Assembly: GCA_044507735.1 (NCBI GenBank)
Contig: JBIQJB010000001.1
Span: 96,001-160,000, forward strand
Direction: 5' to 3'
Length of the DNA stretch: 64,000 bases
Source: Nitrosopumilales archaeon
GTDB taxonomy: Archaea; Thermoproteota; Nitrososphaeria; Nitrososphaerales; Nitrososphaeraceae
Made by a program: the position numbers and the translations under genes. Below, in pieces: positions 19,900-28,344 of this stretch. The notes under the pieces are model-generated. The model searched no databases. It saw nothing but the letters and a program-made list of their open reading frames with translations, and was not told where the DNA came from. How positions within the stretch are numbered: the first letter of the stretch is position 1; each line of letters opens with the position of its first letter.

Positions 19900-19910
19900 G
19901 TAGTATATTA
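19900..19910 (-). promoter_or_regulatory. Probable amoA TATA-box element TAATATACTAC
   Basis: 19 nt upstream of the ATG, identical to the amoC element. Confidence 0.7.
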
Positions 19911-20732
19911 ATTTTTATGCTATTCAAACGATGGTGCGAAATTCAGACCTTGCAATACCGTGACACCCTTGGAATTGAACACGTATGATGTGAACTCGGT
20001 AGAATAATTTGTGAATACTATCCTTCGTCTCAGAAGGGGATGATACAAGCGACCAACTGCTATCATCTTTCCCCGAGTAGTCTGGCTTGAGATATACGCC
20101 TAGCAGGAGGGGATAGTGGGGCAACGCCTTAACTGGAACGCCTGCACCGGAAATCCCGACCCTGGAGTAGGACTAATGCTCTTGCTGATGCTAAAGCCGT
20201 GGGAGACATGCCTCTGTCCTACTCCTGCTCATAAGGGTACTTGATAGGAGCTACGGACTTTGTGCAATTTAGAATGGATCGCAAGCTACCTCGAGAAGGA
20301 GGAAGGTGACCATATGCGGATGTATTTTTCCACACTGCATGGCGTGAGAGTGCGCTGACGACGGTCTTTATTTCTAGTTGCCAGGAATTCCTAGACAAAG
20401 TACAAGACCGTTTCAAATTAGAGAGCATAAGGAGCACGCTTTGAGGAATACATCGATACTCTACACCGATTGGAGTATCCGCTGTGGTATCACAAGATTT
20501 CGTGGTACTGGAAAGATATGCTGTACGGGATCAGAGGACGAGGATGACGACGACCGCATTGCATTGGCATGGTCTATCTCTCGTCAGGCGGTTTTGAGGC
20601 GGCTTCAAGAAGAGTAATCAGCCGCCGAGTATGGTCAAGGTGACTCAGCTTTGACATGGGGAAAATATCTGACTGAAGATCTATCGAGTAGATCTTTGTA
20701 TCAAAACAAAAAGAGGAAAAAGAGAGGTATTC

Positions 20733-21035
20733 TTAAGCTCTGACGGGCTTTTCGTGAGCGATCTTCCAGATGAAGAAGAACCCAAGTGCCTCGATTACGG
20801 TCAGGACGGAAAGCGCGTAGATGCCGCTCGGTAACGGATATGCCCATGGGTAGACTGTTACGCCTACATAGACTCCGCCTGCGGTTGCAGCCCAACACAG
20901 CGCAAAGCCCAGGATGTAAATACCGTTCATGTTCTCGACTCTACGGCCGATCATGCGCTCAATGTCGTCGCGGCTTTCGCCTCCACCGCCACCGGTTCTC
21001 TTACCACCACTTCCGTATCCCTTTGGTAATGTCAT
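20733..21035 (-). CDS. amoX: Ammonia monooxygenase subunit X (probable)
   Basis: Small two-TM protein with Gly-rich N-terminus and ERMIGRRVENM motif; nearest co-oriented gene upstream of amoA. Confidence 0.8.
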   Translation of the reverse strand: MTLPKGYGSGGKRTGGGGGESRDDIERMIGRRVENMNGIYILGFALCWAATAGGVYVGVTVYPWAYPLPSGIYALSVLTVIEALGFFFIWKIAHEKPVRA

Positions 21036-21132
21036 TTGCTATACAATCAGAACGTGCCTTTTTAAATTTTGCTGTTATGCATGCGGGGAAGGCTGGGAAG
21101 AACGAAATTCGCTGTGAAAAAGAAAAAGAGGG

Positions 21133-22308
21133 TTAGAGGGACCCTTTGCTTCCAAAGAGGCCGCTAAAACCTGTGCTTTTTGCCCTCGTCAACAGCACTG
21201 CAAGGCCAATCACGGCTGCTGCCACTATTGCTGCGCTGACGGGGAACTCTGGCACAACCACCATGTTAAAGTCGACACTCTCTGTAAACTGGCCTGTTCC
21301 CATTCCGCTGACCGAGTTAATGCGGATTGTGGCCGTGAACCCCCCAGCGTCATCAAACACGACTTCGTGCGTGCCAGTACCAAACTCTGCATCTGCGTTT
21401 TGGTTCCTGAACTCCTGTACTACGCCACCGCTGCTGTTCATAATTACAAAGTCATAGTTTGCCCTTTCTAGCGGAAAGCCAGACCTGTCTGCCAAGCTTA
21501 TGCTAAATGTCACTGGAGTTCCTGGTTGGATCGAAGAAGGCTCCCAGTCCAGTGTTATCCTGTAGTCGCCTCTGCCCGTACTCTTGCTCAAAGGTGGTTC
21601 AGGAACTCGCTGCTCGCTTGATGGTGGTTCTGGCTTGCCAGTACCTCTCTCGAGGAGCTCAAATTCGAACTGGACTTGCGGGTTCCCTGTAGCACTGTCT
21701 GTAAAGAATTGTGCCTTGATTGGGAATGGGAATCCTTTCTCTATCCATATCCTGCTAGTTACTCCCTTGTGGTATGTCAAGAGAGTAGTGTCAAATTGCT
21801 GGCCACCTATGGTGATAGTCTCAGGACCGCTTACTATGAGGTCAGAACCACCTATGGAGCCCGCCCTGCCCCAGTTGGTCCCCGGAGCAAGTGATTTGGG
21901 ATCGGCCTTCGTCGTAAATGAATCTAGCCAGTGCAGCGAGCCGCTGTATCCGCCAATGAAATCATTCATTTCGCGGGGAACATTGCTCCCGCCTGCAAGG
22001 TATGCCATGCTGTCTGAAAGCTTCATTGTTCCTTGGATGACGGTGCCATCATCGTCAACAACAAACGCCGGGACTATCCAGTCGCCGTCCTGTTGCTCCT
22101 GGAAGTACAATGTCATTTCGTACGGCTGATCGTCATTTGTGTCAAGCTCATGGATCCTGTACGTGACGAACATGTCTTGCTGGACACCTTGACCTGGATA
22201 CCAGACGTTGTCCTGCTGTGCATACGCGCTTCCGCTGAGAGCCACTGCAGATGCTCCAAATGCAAGCAGCGAAGCAACGAACGCAAAGGCGAGAAATCTA
22301 TAATTCAT
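21133..22308 (-). CDS. Exported surface protein with PEF-CTERM-like sorting signal
   Basis: Signal peptide; C-terminal VVPEFP plus TM helix plus basic residues. Confidence 0.8.
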   Translation of the reverse strand: MNYRFLAFAFVASLLAFGASAVALSGSAYAQQDNVWYPGQGVQQDMFVTYRIHELDTNDDQPYEMTLYFQEQQDGDWIVPAFVVDDDGTVIQGTMKLSDSMAYLAGGSNVPREMNDFIGGYSGSLHWLDSFTTKADPKSLAPGTNWGRAGSIGGSDLIVSGPETITIGGQQFDTTLLTYHKGVTSRIWIEKGFPFPIKAQFFTDSATGNPQVQFEFELLERGTGKPEPPSSEQRVPEPPLSKSTGRGDYRITLDWEPSSIQPGTPVTFSISLADRSGFPLERANYDFVIMNSSGGVVQEFRNQNADAEFGTGTHEVVFDDAGGFTATIRINSVSGMGTGQFTESVDFNMVVVPEFPVSAAIVAAAVIGLAVLLTRAKSTGFSGLFGSKGSL

Positions 22309-22758
22309 TAATAAAAATAGAAAGATGGGAACTGATAAATGTTTTTTCTGTAATTGACTACTTCCATAGCTGAAACATGTTGGATTCTGCTGCGATCATC
22401 CTGCCCGATTGTCTGCAATCTTTGGCACCGTAGAGATAGTCAATGTGTGTCCCTTTATAGGGATAGTATCTATGAGCCCCGATGGTATCTGAATTACGCC
22501 ATTAGCTACTTCATCGCTTACTCTTGGTCGCAGTATGGTTTGATGACCAGTCATTGATTGGGCGTTGCATCGCATTGATCCTCCCGGACACTTCTCTTCC
22601 AGCTTCTCCGCGGTTGCGACAGTCTAGCTCACTGTATACTGTGACCACCACCGAGAAACAGGTGTTGAATCCTCCTATATCTGAAAGTTGTGAGCTTTGT
22701 CCGTAGAACATTAGTAAACAAATAAGTAGACCCAGAGCAAGACTATTTGTATATAGAA

Positions 22759-22926
22759 ATGTGCAACTGCCCCAAGGTCACATTTTATGAAGTGGATTTC
22801 AAGCTCGTCGGGATGAAGGTCGTGGCAAACCACAAGAACTGCGGCGACTTTTTGAATGAAGATCAATATTCTTCGTTCGAAAAGGAACTAACAAAGTACT
22901 GGGGCTTTGAAGAAAAGAAGGAATAG
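22759..22926 (+). CDS. Small Cys/His protein (55 aa, below ORF-track cutoff)
   Basis: MCNCPKVTFYEVDFKLVGMKVVANHKNCGD...YWGFEEKKE; followed by T-tract. Confidence 0.65.
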   Translation: MCNCPKVTFYEVDFKLVGMKVVANHKNCGDFLNEDQYSSFEKELTKYWGFEEKKE

Positions 22927-23047
22927 ACACGCAGCGTGTTTTTTGTTCCGAAGGGCAATGCTGTTTAAATTCGCCTGTAGAGGCTGCTTACTTGCTTCGC
23001 GCCAACTTTATTAATGCCGGGACGAATTCGGTTCTAGGTAGTTTCAG

Positions 23048-23302
23048 ATGACCAAAATGCTAAATGTCAACATAGACACGTCAGGTATAGATGCTAACGA
23101 AGCCCAGGAATGGGTCAATGAGCTTGCAAACGTCTATGCAGATCTGCAGATCTCTGATGTGAACGTCTCGGGCAGCAAGATCTCGTTCAAGGCTGGCTTC
23201 TCGGGCATGGAAGATACCGAGCCAGATGACATCAAAATGAAGATCGAAGAATATCTGACGATGAACGAGGCGTTCCAAGCAAAGAGCATCAACGTCCGCT
23301 AG
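23048..23302 (+). CDS. Small acidic hypothetical protein
   Basis: Clean ORF, upstream TTTATTAA, downstream T-tract. Confidence 0.75.
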   Translation: MTKMLNVNIDTSGIDANEAQEWVNELANVYADLQISDVNVSGSKISFKAGFSGMEDTEPDDIKMKIEEYLTMNEAFQAKSINVR

Positions 23303-23409
23303 AAAGGCCTCTGGCCTCATCTTTTCTTATCTTTTAGACAATTAGAGCTTACCAATCATGATCAATTGTTACTAAGCATTAAATAGAAAATTTGTGCTGG
23401 ATAGTGAGA

Positions 23410-23658
23410 ATGACTTGTAAAGGTATATGCATCCGTCACAAGGCTCAGAAGCCGGTTGGCTCAGGCAGGTACGCCAGCGGACAGAAGAGGTGTCAGATCT
23501 GCGAGATATTCATCAAGTGGGATGGTCTCTGGTGCCCGTGTTGTGGCTACAGGCTGAGGACAAAGCCCCGGAACCTGAAATACAAGGCAAAGCTGAGGGC
23601 TAGAACCAGCGGCGGCCTCGAAGCACCACAACCTGTACTGACAGTAAGGCGCAAGTAG
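23410..23658 (+). CDS. Small basic Zn-finger protein
   Basis: CKGIC..RY..GQKRCQICEIF..WCPCCGYRLR. Confidence 0.8.
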   Translation: MTCKGICIRHKAQKPVGSGRYASGQKRCQICEIFIKWDGLWCPCCGYRLRTKPRNLKYKAKLRARTSGGLEAPQPVLTVRRK

Positions 23659-23663
23659 GATAA

Positions 23664-24506
23664 CTAGGCTTTGAGGCCGTCTCTTGCGGCCCTTGATAGC
23701 TTTTTCTGCATCTTTTCGAGCTGTTGTTCGTCGCTTGTCAGGTCCAATGCCAGCTGGATAAGCTTGGCGTATTTGTTATGAAACTCGTCTGTTCTTCTTG
23801 CGAGGTCTTTTGCTGCAACTCTTCCTGCATAATAGTAGCAGTCTGTCAGCATGCTTTTTTCAAGCAGATGATCTGTCTTTGCCGCAAATAGATTCCTGTC
23901 ATAATCTTTCGATTTGAGCTCTAAGACAGCCTGCAAGGACCTGGATATCGTCGGGCGGGTCGCCCTGTCTGTTCCAATACACTCCAGCGCCACCTCGATA
24001 CCTTCTGTCGTGTTGCCCGTCTGTCTTATCTGTTCAAGCTCGTGCAAGGGCATCGGCCGGACACCAGACATGGCGAGCATTCCTTCGAGAAAGTCATATG
24101 CAGAGATCTTGAGCCACATCGCAGCGACTCCCGGGTGCTTTGACTGAACCATTTTCTGCTGACAAAAGAGTGAGCTTACGAACGATTTCTTGCCTGCGGC
24201 GGCCAGCGCCCTTTTGTACCTTTTGGAAACATCTTGTCCAACAGATGAGAGTGCAAACTTGTTGCTGTCTCTTAGTATTGACATGCCACCCAGCTCGACT
24301 ACATAATTCCTTGCTGGCTCTGGAAAATGCACAATTTCTACGAAATGTCTGTCAATACATGTTACTTGATCATCCCCTGGAGCAAATACTACAAGATCAT
24401 ATTCGCAACAATCCAAGGATTCATCAGTAGTACGACATCCTATCAGTGCCACTGGATGGGGGATCTTGTCTGTGAATTTCCGGATGGCTGCTGGGACAGC
24501 AGGCAC
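23664..24506 (-). CDS. Hypothetical protein, possibly degenerate nucleotidyltransferase fold
   Basis: ALIGCR..CCEYDLVVF resembles the NTase GS..DxD region; helical C-terminus. Confidence 0.6.
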   Translation of the reverse strand: MPAVPAAIRKFTDKIPHPVALIGCRTTDESLDCCEYDLVVFAPGDDQVTCIDRHFVEIVHFPEPARNYVVELGGMSILRDSNKFALSSVGQDVSKRYKRALAAAGKKSFVSSLFCQQKMVQSKHPGVAAMWLKISAYDFLEGMLAMSGVRPMPLHELEQIRQTGNTTEGIEVALECIGTDRATRPTISRSLQAVLELKSKDYDRNLFAAKTDHLLEKSMLTDCYYYAGRVAAKDLARRTDEFHNKYAKLIQLALDLTSDEQQLEKMQKKLSRAARDGLKA

Positions 24507-24595
24507 ACGGTCAATTGACAGGGCCGGGATTTAACCTGTTAGCCGAGGCGGCAGGATCAACTCTAATATACGAACATAAACTATATCATAGCGCA

Positions 24596-25978
24596 ATGAA
24601 GGGCAAGGCCAAGGCAGTCTCAGCTAGCAGGCATAACAGCCGCAGCAACAACAACGATATTTTGAAAAAGATCAAGACCGGCGAGTTCAAGATCGCAGTT
24701 TATGGCCTTGGTCATGTCGGGTCTCCCCTTGCTTCGGCCTGGCTTCGCGCAGGCGCTCACGTAGTAGGCGTTGACAAGTCGCCGAAAGTGCTTGAAAACG
24801 CAAGGCATGGAAAAACGCACGTACCAGAGCCGGGTGTGAACGAGGCTTTTGCAATGGGGCTCAAGGAAAAGAGGTTTTATGTCTATGACGATCCGGTGAA
24901 GGCATCGCAGGACGCTCATTTGAAGATGATTTGCGTGCCAGTGCTACTCACCGATTCGTTCTCTGCCGATTTGGCAGCAGTAAAGCAGGTAGCATCTGCG
25001 ATCGGCCGCGGTTTGAAAAAGGGTGACATCGTTTCACTCAATCCTAGTGTGCCGCCTGGAACATCAGAAGATGTCGTGCTACCGATTTTGGAAAAGGAGA
25101 GCGGTCTGAAGGTCGAGCACGACTTTTACATGGTATACAACCCCGAGAGGATCTACGAGGGCAGGGCAATAGAGGATATTGAAGAGCGCTATCCTGCCGT
25201 GGTATCTGGAGCGGGCCCAAAGAGCCTTGAGATGGGAGGCAATCTATATTCAATCATTGCAAAGAAAGGCGTCATCAAGATGAGCAGCATGAGAACAGCC
25301 GAAACTGAAAAGCTTCTTGAAGGCGTCTACCGGGATGTCAATATCGCACTTGCCAACGAGATGGCCAAGTTCTGCGAAAAGGTCGGAGTGAACTTTTGGG
25401 AGGCAAGAGAAGCGGCAAACTCACAACCATTCTGTCACATACACAAGCCGGGCGCAGGTGTGGGCGGCGCATGTATTCCTGTATATCCTCAGTTTATTTT
25501 GCACACCGCTGATACCAACAAGGTTGAATGCAATATTACCAGACTTGGGCGAAATGTCAACAATTCGATGCCGGGATACTGCGTAGACCAGGCGATAAGG
25601 CTGCTTGGACAAGATGATGCCTCACAGGCAACTGTCGCGCTGCTCGGCCTCGCATTCAGAGGTGGAGTATCAGACACACGCCTTTCTCCAACCTATGATG
25701 TAATTGAAGAACTAAGGAAGCGAAAAGTGAAGGAAATCCGAGTACACGACCCGCTTGTAGAAAGCGACCCGAACCTGCCGGAGGATGTGACGTTGACGTC
25801 CAGCCTTCCAAGAGCGACACAGGGTGCTGATCTTGTGATCTTGGTTTCAGATCATCCGGAGTACAGGAATCTGAGTCAGCAAGACCTGGATGGCGCACCT
25901 GTGTATGACGGCCGCGGCATACTTGATGGATCGCGTTTTGCCTCTGGAAGATTTGCATCGATAGGCAGACCCAGTTAG
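24596..25978 (+). CDS. Nucleotide-sugar dehydrogenase (UDP-glucose/UDP-ManNAc dehydrogenase family)
   Basis: VYGLGHVG, YNPER, AETEKLLEG.YRDVNIALANE, PGAGVGGACIP, LGLAF..DTRLSP. Confidence 0.93.
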   Translation: MKGKAKAVSASRHNSRSNNNDILKKIKTGEFKIAVYGLGHVGSPLASAWLRAGAHVVGVDKSPKVLENARHGKTHVPEPGVNEAFAMGLKEKRFYVYDDPVKASQDAHLKMICVPVLLTDSFSADLAAVKQVASAIGRGLKKGDIVSLNPSVPPGTSEDVVLPILEKESGLKVEHDFYMVYNPERIYEGRAIEDIEERYPAVVSGAGPKSLEMGGNLYSIIAKKGVIKMSSMRTAETEKLLEGVYRDVNIALANEMAKFCEKVGVNFWEAREAANSQPFCHIHKPGAGVGGACIPVYPQFILHTADTNKVECNITRLGRNVNNSMPGYCVDQAIRLLGQDDASQATVALLGLAFRGGVSDTRLSPTYDVIEELRKRKVKEIRVHDPLVESDPNLPEDVTLTSSLPRATQGADLVILVSDHPEYRNLSQQDLDGAPVYDGRGILDGSRFASGRFASIGRPS

Positions 25979-26011
25979 GTTTAATACCACCTGAAAAAAG
26001 ATTTCAGATGC

Positions 26012-27055
26012 TTGGCCCGCAGCTTGAATCTTCTGCTGACTGTCGCTTGGGAAAATAACTCCGTAGTGCTCATTGACCAGACAAAGCTACCAAACAAACT
26101 GGCCTATGTGAAGTGCAAGAGCTATCCGGAAGTGGCTGATGCCATCAAGAGGCTTGCAGTTCGCGGGGCGCCTGCCATCGGCGTCACTGCAGCCTTTGGA
26201 CTTGCGCTTGCGGCCCAGCAGAGCAAGGCAAAGACTTTGCCGGAATTGATGACGGATCTCGAGACGGCTTTCAAAGTCCTCAGGGCTACGAGGCCCACTG
26301 CCGTCAACCTCTTCTGGGCACTGGAACGTGTGATGGGCAAGGCAAAGCGGGGCAAGTCCCTGCAGGAGGTTAAGAAGCTTGTGCTTGACGAGGCGCTAAG
26401 AATGTCTGAGGAGGACATTAGTGCCAACAGGCAGATGGGTGCAAACGGAGCCAAGTTGCTCCAGGATGGAGACATCGTCCTCACTCACTGCAACGCCGGC
26501 TCTCTTGCTACGGTGGCATACGGAACCGCCCTTGGTGTAATTAGGGCTGCAAAAGAGTCGGGCAAGCGCCTGAGCGTCATTGCGACTGAAACTCGACCGG
26601 TGATGCAGGGAGCAAGGCTAACTGCTTTTGAGCTCCAGCATGACGGAATTGATGTTAGCTTGATCCCTGACACGGCTGTTGGCCACATGATGGCGAGGGG
26701 AGCGATAAAGCGAGTCATTGTGGGTGCAGACAGGGTGCTTCGCACCGGTCACGTCTTCAACAAGATAGGCACATACCAGGTCGCAATCCTCGCAAACAAA
26801 CACAAGATCCCGTTCTACGTAGCGGCTCCTCTATCCACGTTTGACTTTGAGAGCAACCCCGAGGATGTCGTTATTGAGGAGAGGTCAGTCGACGAGGTGG
26901 TCAAGGTAGGAAGCAAGAGGATCGCGCCAAAGAAGGTGAGGGTCTTTAATCCGGCGTTTGACATGACACCGCCGGAGCTGATTACTGGCATAATCACCGA
27001 GCGGGGCGTTCTAAAGCCGCCATTTGAGAAAAATCTAAAGGCATTGCTTGGCTAG
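26012..27055 (+). CDS. mtnA: S-methyl-5-thioribose-1-phosphate isomerase (eIF2B-like family)
   Basis: DQTKLP, VRGAPAIG, RPTAVNL, THCNAGSLAT, ETRP, NKIGTY, NPAFD. Confidence 0.9.
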   Translation: MARSLNLLLTVAWENNSVVLIDQTKLPNKLAYVKCKSYPEVADAIKRLAVRGAPAIGVTAAFGLALAAQQSKAKTLPELMTDLETAFKVLRATRPTAVNLFWALERVMGKAKRGKSLQEVKKLVLDEALRMSEEDISANRQMGANGAKLLQDGDIVLTHCNAGSLATVAYGTALGVIRAAKESGKRLSVIATETRPVMQGARLTAFELQHDGIDVSLIPDTAVGHMMARGAIKRVIVGADRVLRTGHVFNKIGTYQVAILANKHKIPFYVAAPLSTFDFESNPEDVVIEERSVDEVVKVGSKRIAPKKVRVFNPAFDMTPPELITGIITERGVLKPPFEKNLKALLG

Positions 27056-27103
27056 CATCGGATAAAGTATTTATCGTCTTTTGGGTCACATAGCCTTAAT
27101 TAC

Positions 27104-27703
27104 ATGTCGCAAGAGACAGTGACAGAGGCGCAGGTTTACGATGCTTTGAAGAAGTGCATGGATCCAGAAATTCCTGTCAACGTGGTTGACCTTGGGCTCA
27201 TATATGGAGTCAAGATCGCAAGCGGCAAGGACGTGGACATTAAGATGACAATGACAACAAGAGGCTGCCCGCTTCACGATACTCTTGTTAGCGACGTAAA
27301 GCGGTATGTTGGCAAGATAAACGGCATTGGCAAGATCAATGTGGAGATTGTTTGGGACCCGCCATGGACACTTGAAAAGATGAACCCTGAGGTCCGCGAA
27401 AAGCTCGGGTTCGGCAAGCCAAAGCTCCGTTTCCAGATCGACTACGAAAAGAGCAAGCCCCTCAAGGTGGGAAGATATGCCCGGCAGGAGGATGGGTCGC
27501 TGGTTCTCGCGAATGACAAGGACATGAGCTACATGGTCAATGAAGCGATAATTGAGTTCTGGAACACCTGTGACGGTACCAAAACGATAAACCAGCTCAC
27601 AGACCAGTTTTCTGCAAAACTAGGCATGCCAAGGCAGCAGGTCGAACAGGAAGTCGTCCAGCTGGTCCAACAGTTGCTTGAAGCCGAGCTGCTCAAGGCC
27701 TGA
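27104..27703 (+). CDS. DUF59/SufT/MIP18 Fe-S assembly protein with PqqD-like C-terminal domain
   Basis: DPEIPVNVVDLGLIY, TTRGCP, WDPPW; C-terminal VNEAIIEFWNTCDGTKTINQL. Confidence 0.85.
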   Translation: MSQETVTEAQVYDALKKCMDPEIPVNVVDLGLIYGVKIASGKDVDIKMTMTTRGCPLHDTLVSDVKRYVGKINGIGKINVEIVWDPPWTLEKMNPEVREKLGFGKPKLRFQIDYEKSKPLKVGRYARQEDGSLVLANDKDMSYMVNEAIIEFWNTCDGTKTINQLTDQFSAKLGMPRQQVEQEVVQLVQQLLEAELLKA

Positions 27704-28263
27704 TGCTTGACTTTTCATCTTGGCCAGGCATAATTGTAGAGCTTGGCATGGGAGATGGCAGGCTTCTTGAAAGCCTAGCAAAGCGGGATGGCGATTCTTT
27801 GTACGTCGGCATTGAGCTTGATCGTGAACAGTGCAGGAGGGCTCAATCGAGGATAATGCTTGGCAATGTGGAGATATTGAACGGATCTTTTGAAGACATC
27901 CTTCCCACTTTTCCTGACAGGTCCGTGGACCGGTTTATTGCAGTGCTGCCAGACCCTGCATACATCGATGAGAAAAAGCAAGAGCTGTGGATCCCCTTCT
28001 ACAGGGTCGTTTTTGAGAAACTGAAAGAGGCAGGCACGCTCGAGCTTATTACCGAAATAACCGACGAACTCTTTCAGCCTGTGAGCGAGAAAGCGTACCG
28101 GAAGTGGGCCGGATGGCTCAAGTCTGTCTTCCTCTCTATGGGGTTTTCAGTGAAGAGAGAGCAGGAGGGAGCTCCCGATCGATACCGGTCACGCTGCATT
28201 GACCAGTTTAGAGGTGACCCTGAGCGGATCAGGATGATAACGCTCGAGCTTGAAAAGCGATGA
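27703..28263 (+). CDS. Class I SAM-dependent methyltransferase (TrmB-like)
   Basis: VELGMGDG, YVGIELD, LPDP; TGATG overlap with upstream gene. Confidence 0.8.
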   Translation: MLDFSSWPGIIVELGMGDGRLLESLAKRDGDSLYVGIELDREQCRRAQSRIMLGNVEILNGSFEDILPTFPDRSVDRFIAVLPDPAYIDEKKQELWIPFYRVVFEKLKEAGTLELITEITDELFQPVSEKAYRKWAGWLKSVFLSMGFSVKREQEGAPDRYRSRCIDQFRGDPERIRMITLELEKR

Positions 28264-28344
28264 TCAAAAAAATTTCCGGACTTTGATTTAGTGTCACTCT
28301 TCGCTAATCCAGCTGAAAACCGGCTTTATAGTTGGAGCGCGGCT

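Noticed and set aside
19924-20617. ORFs of 66-79 aa in the amoX-amoA spacer
   Set aside because: Non-ATG starts, no motifs, partly overlapping
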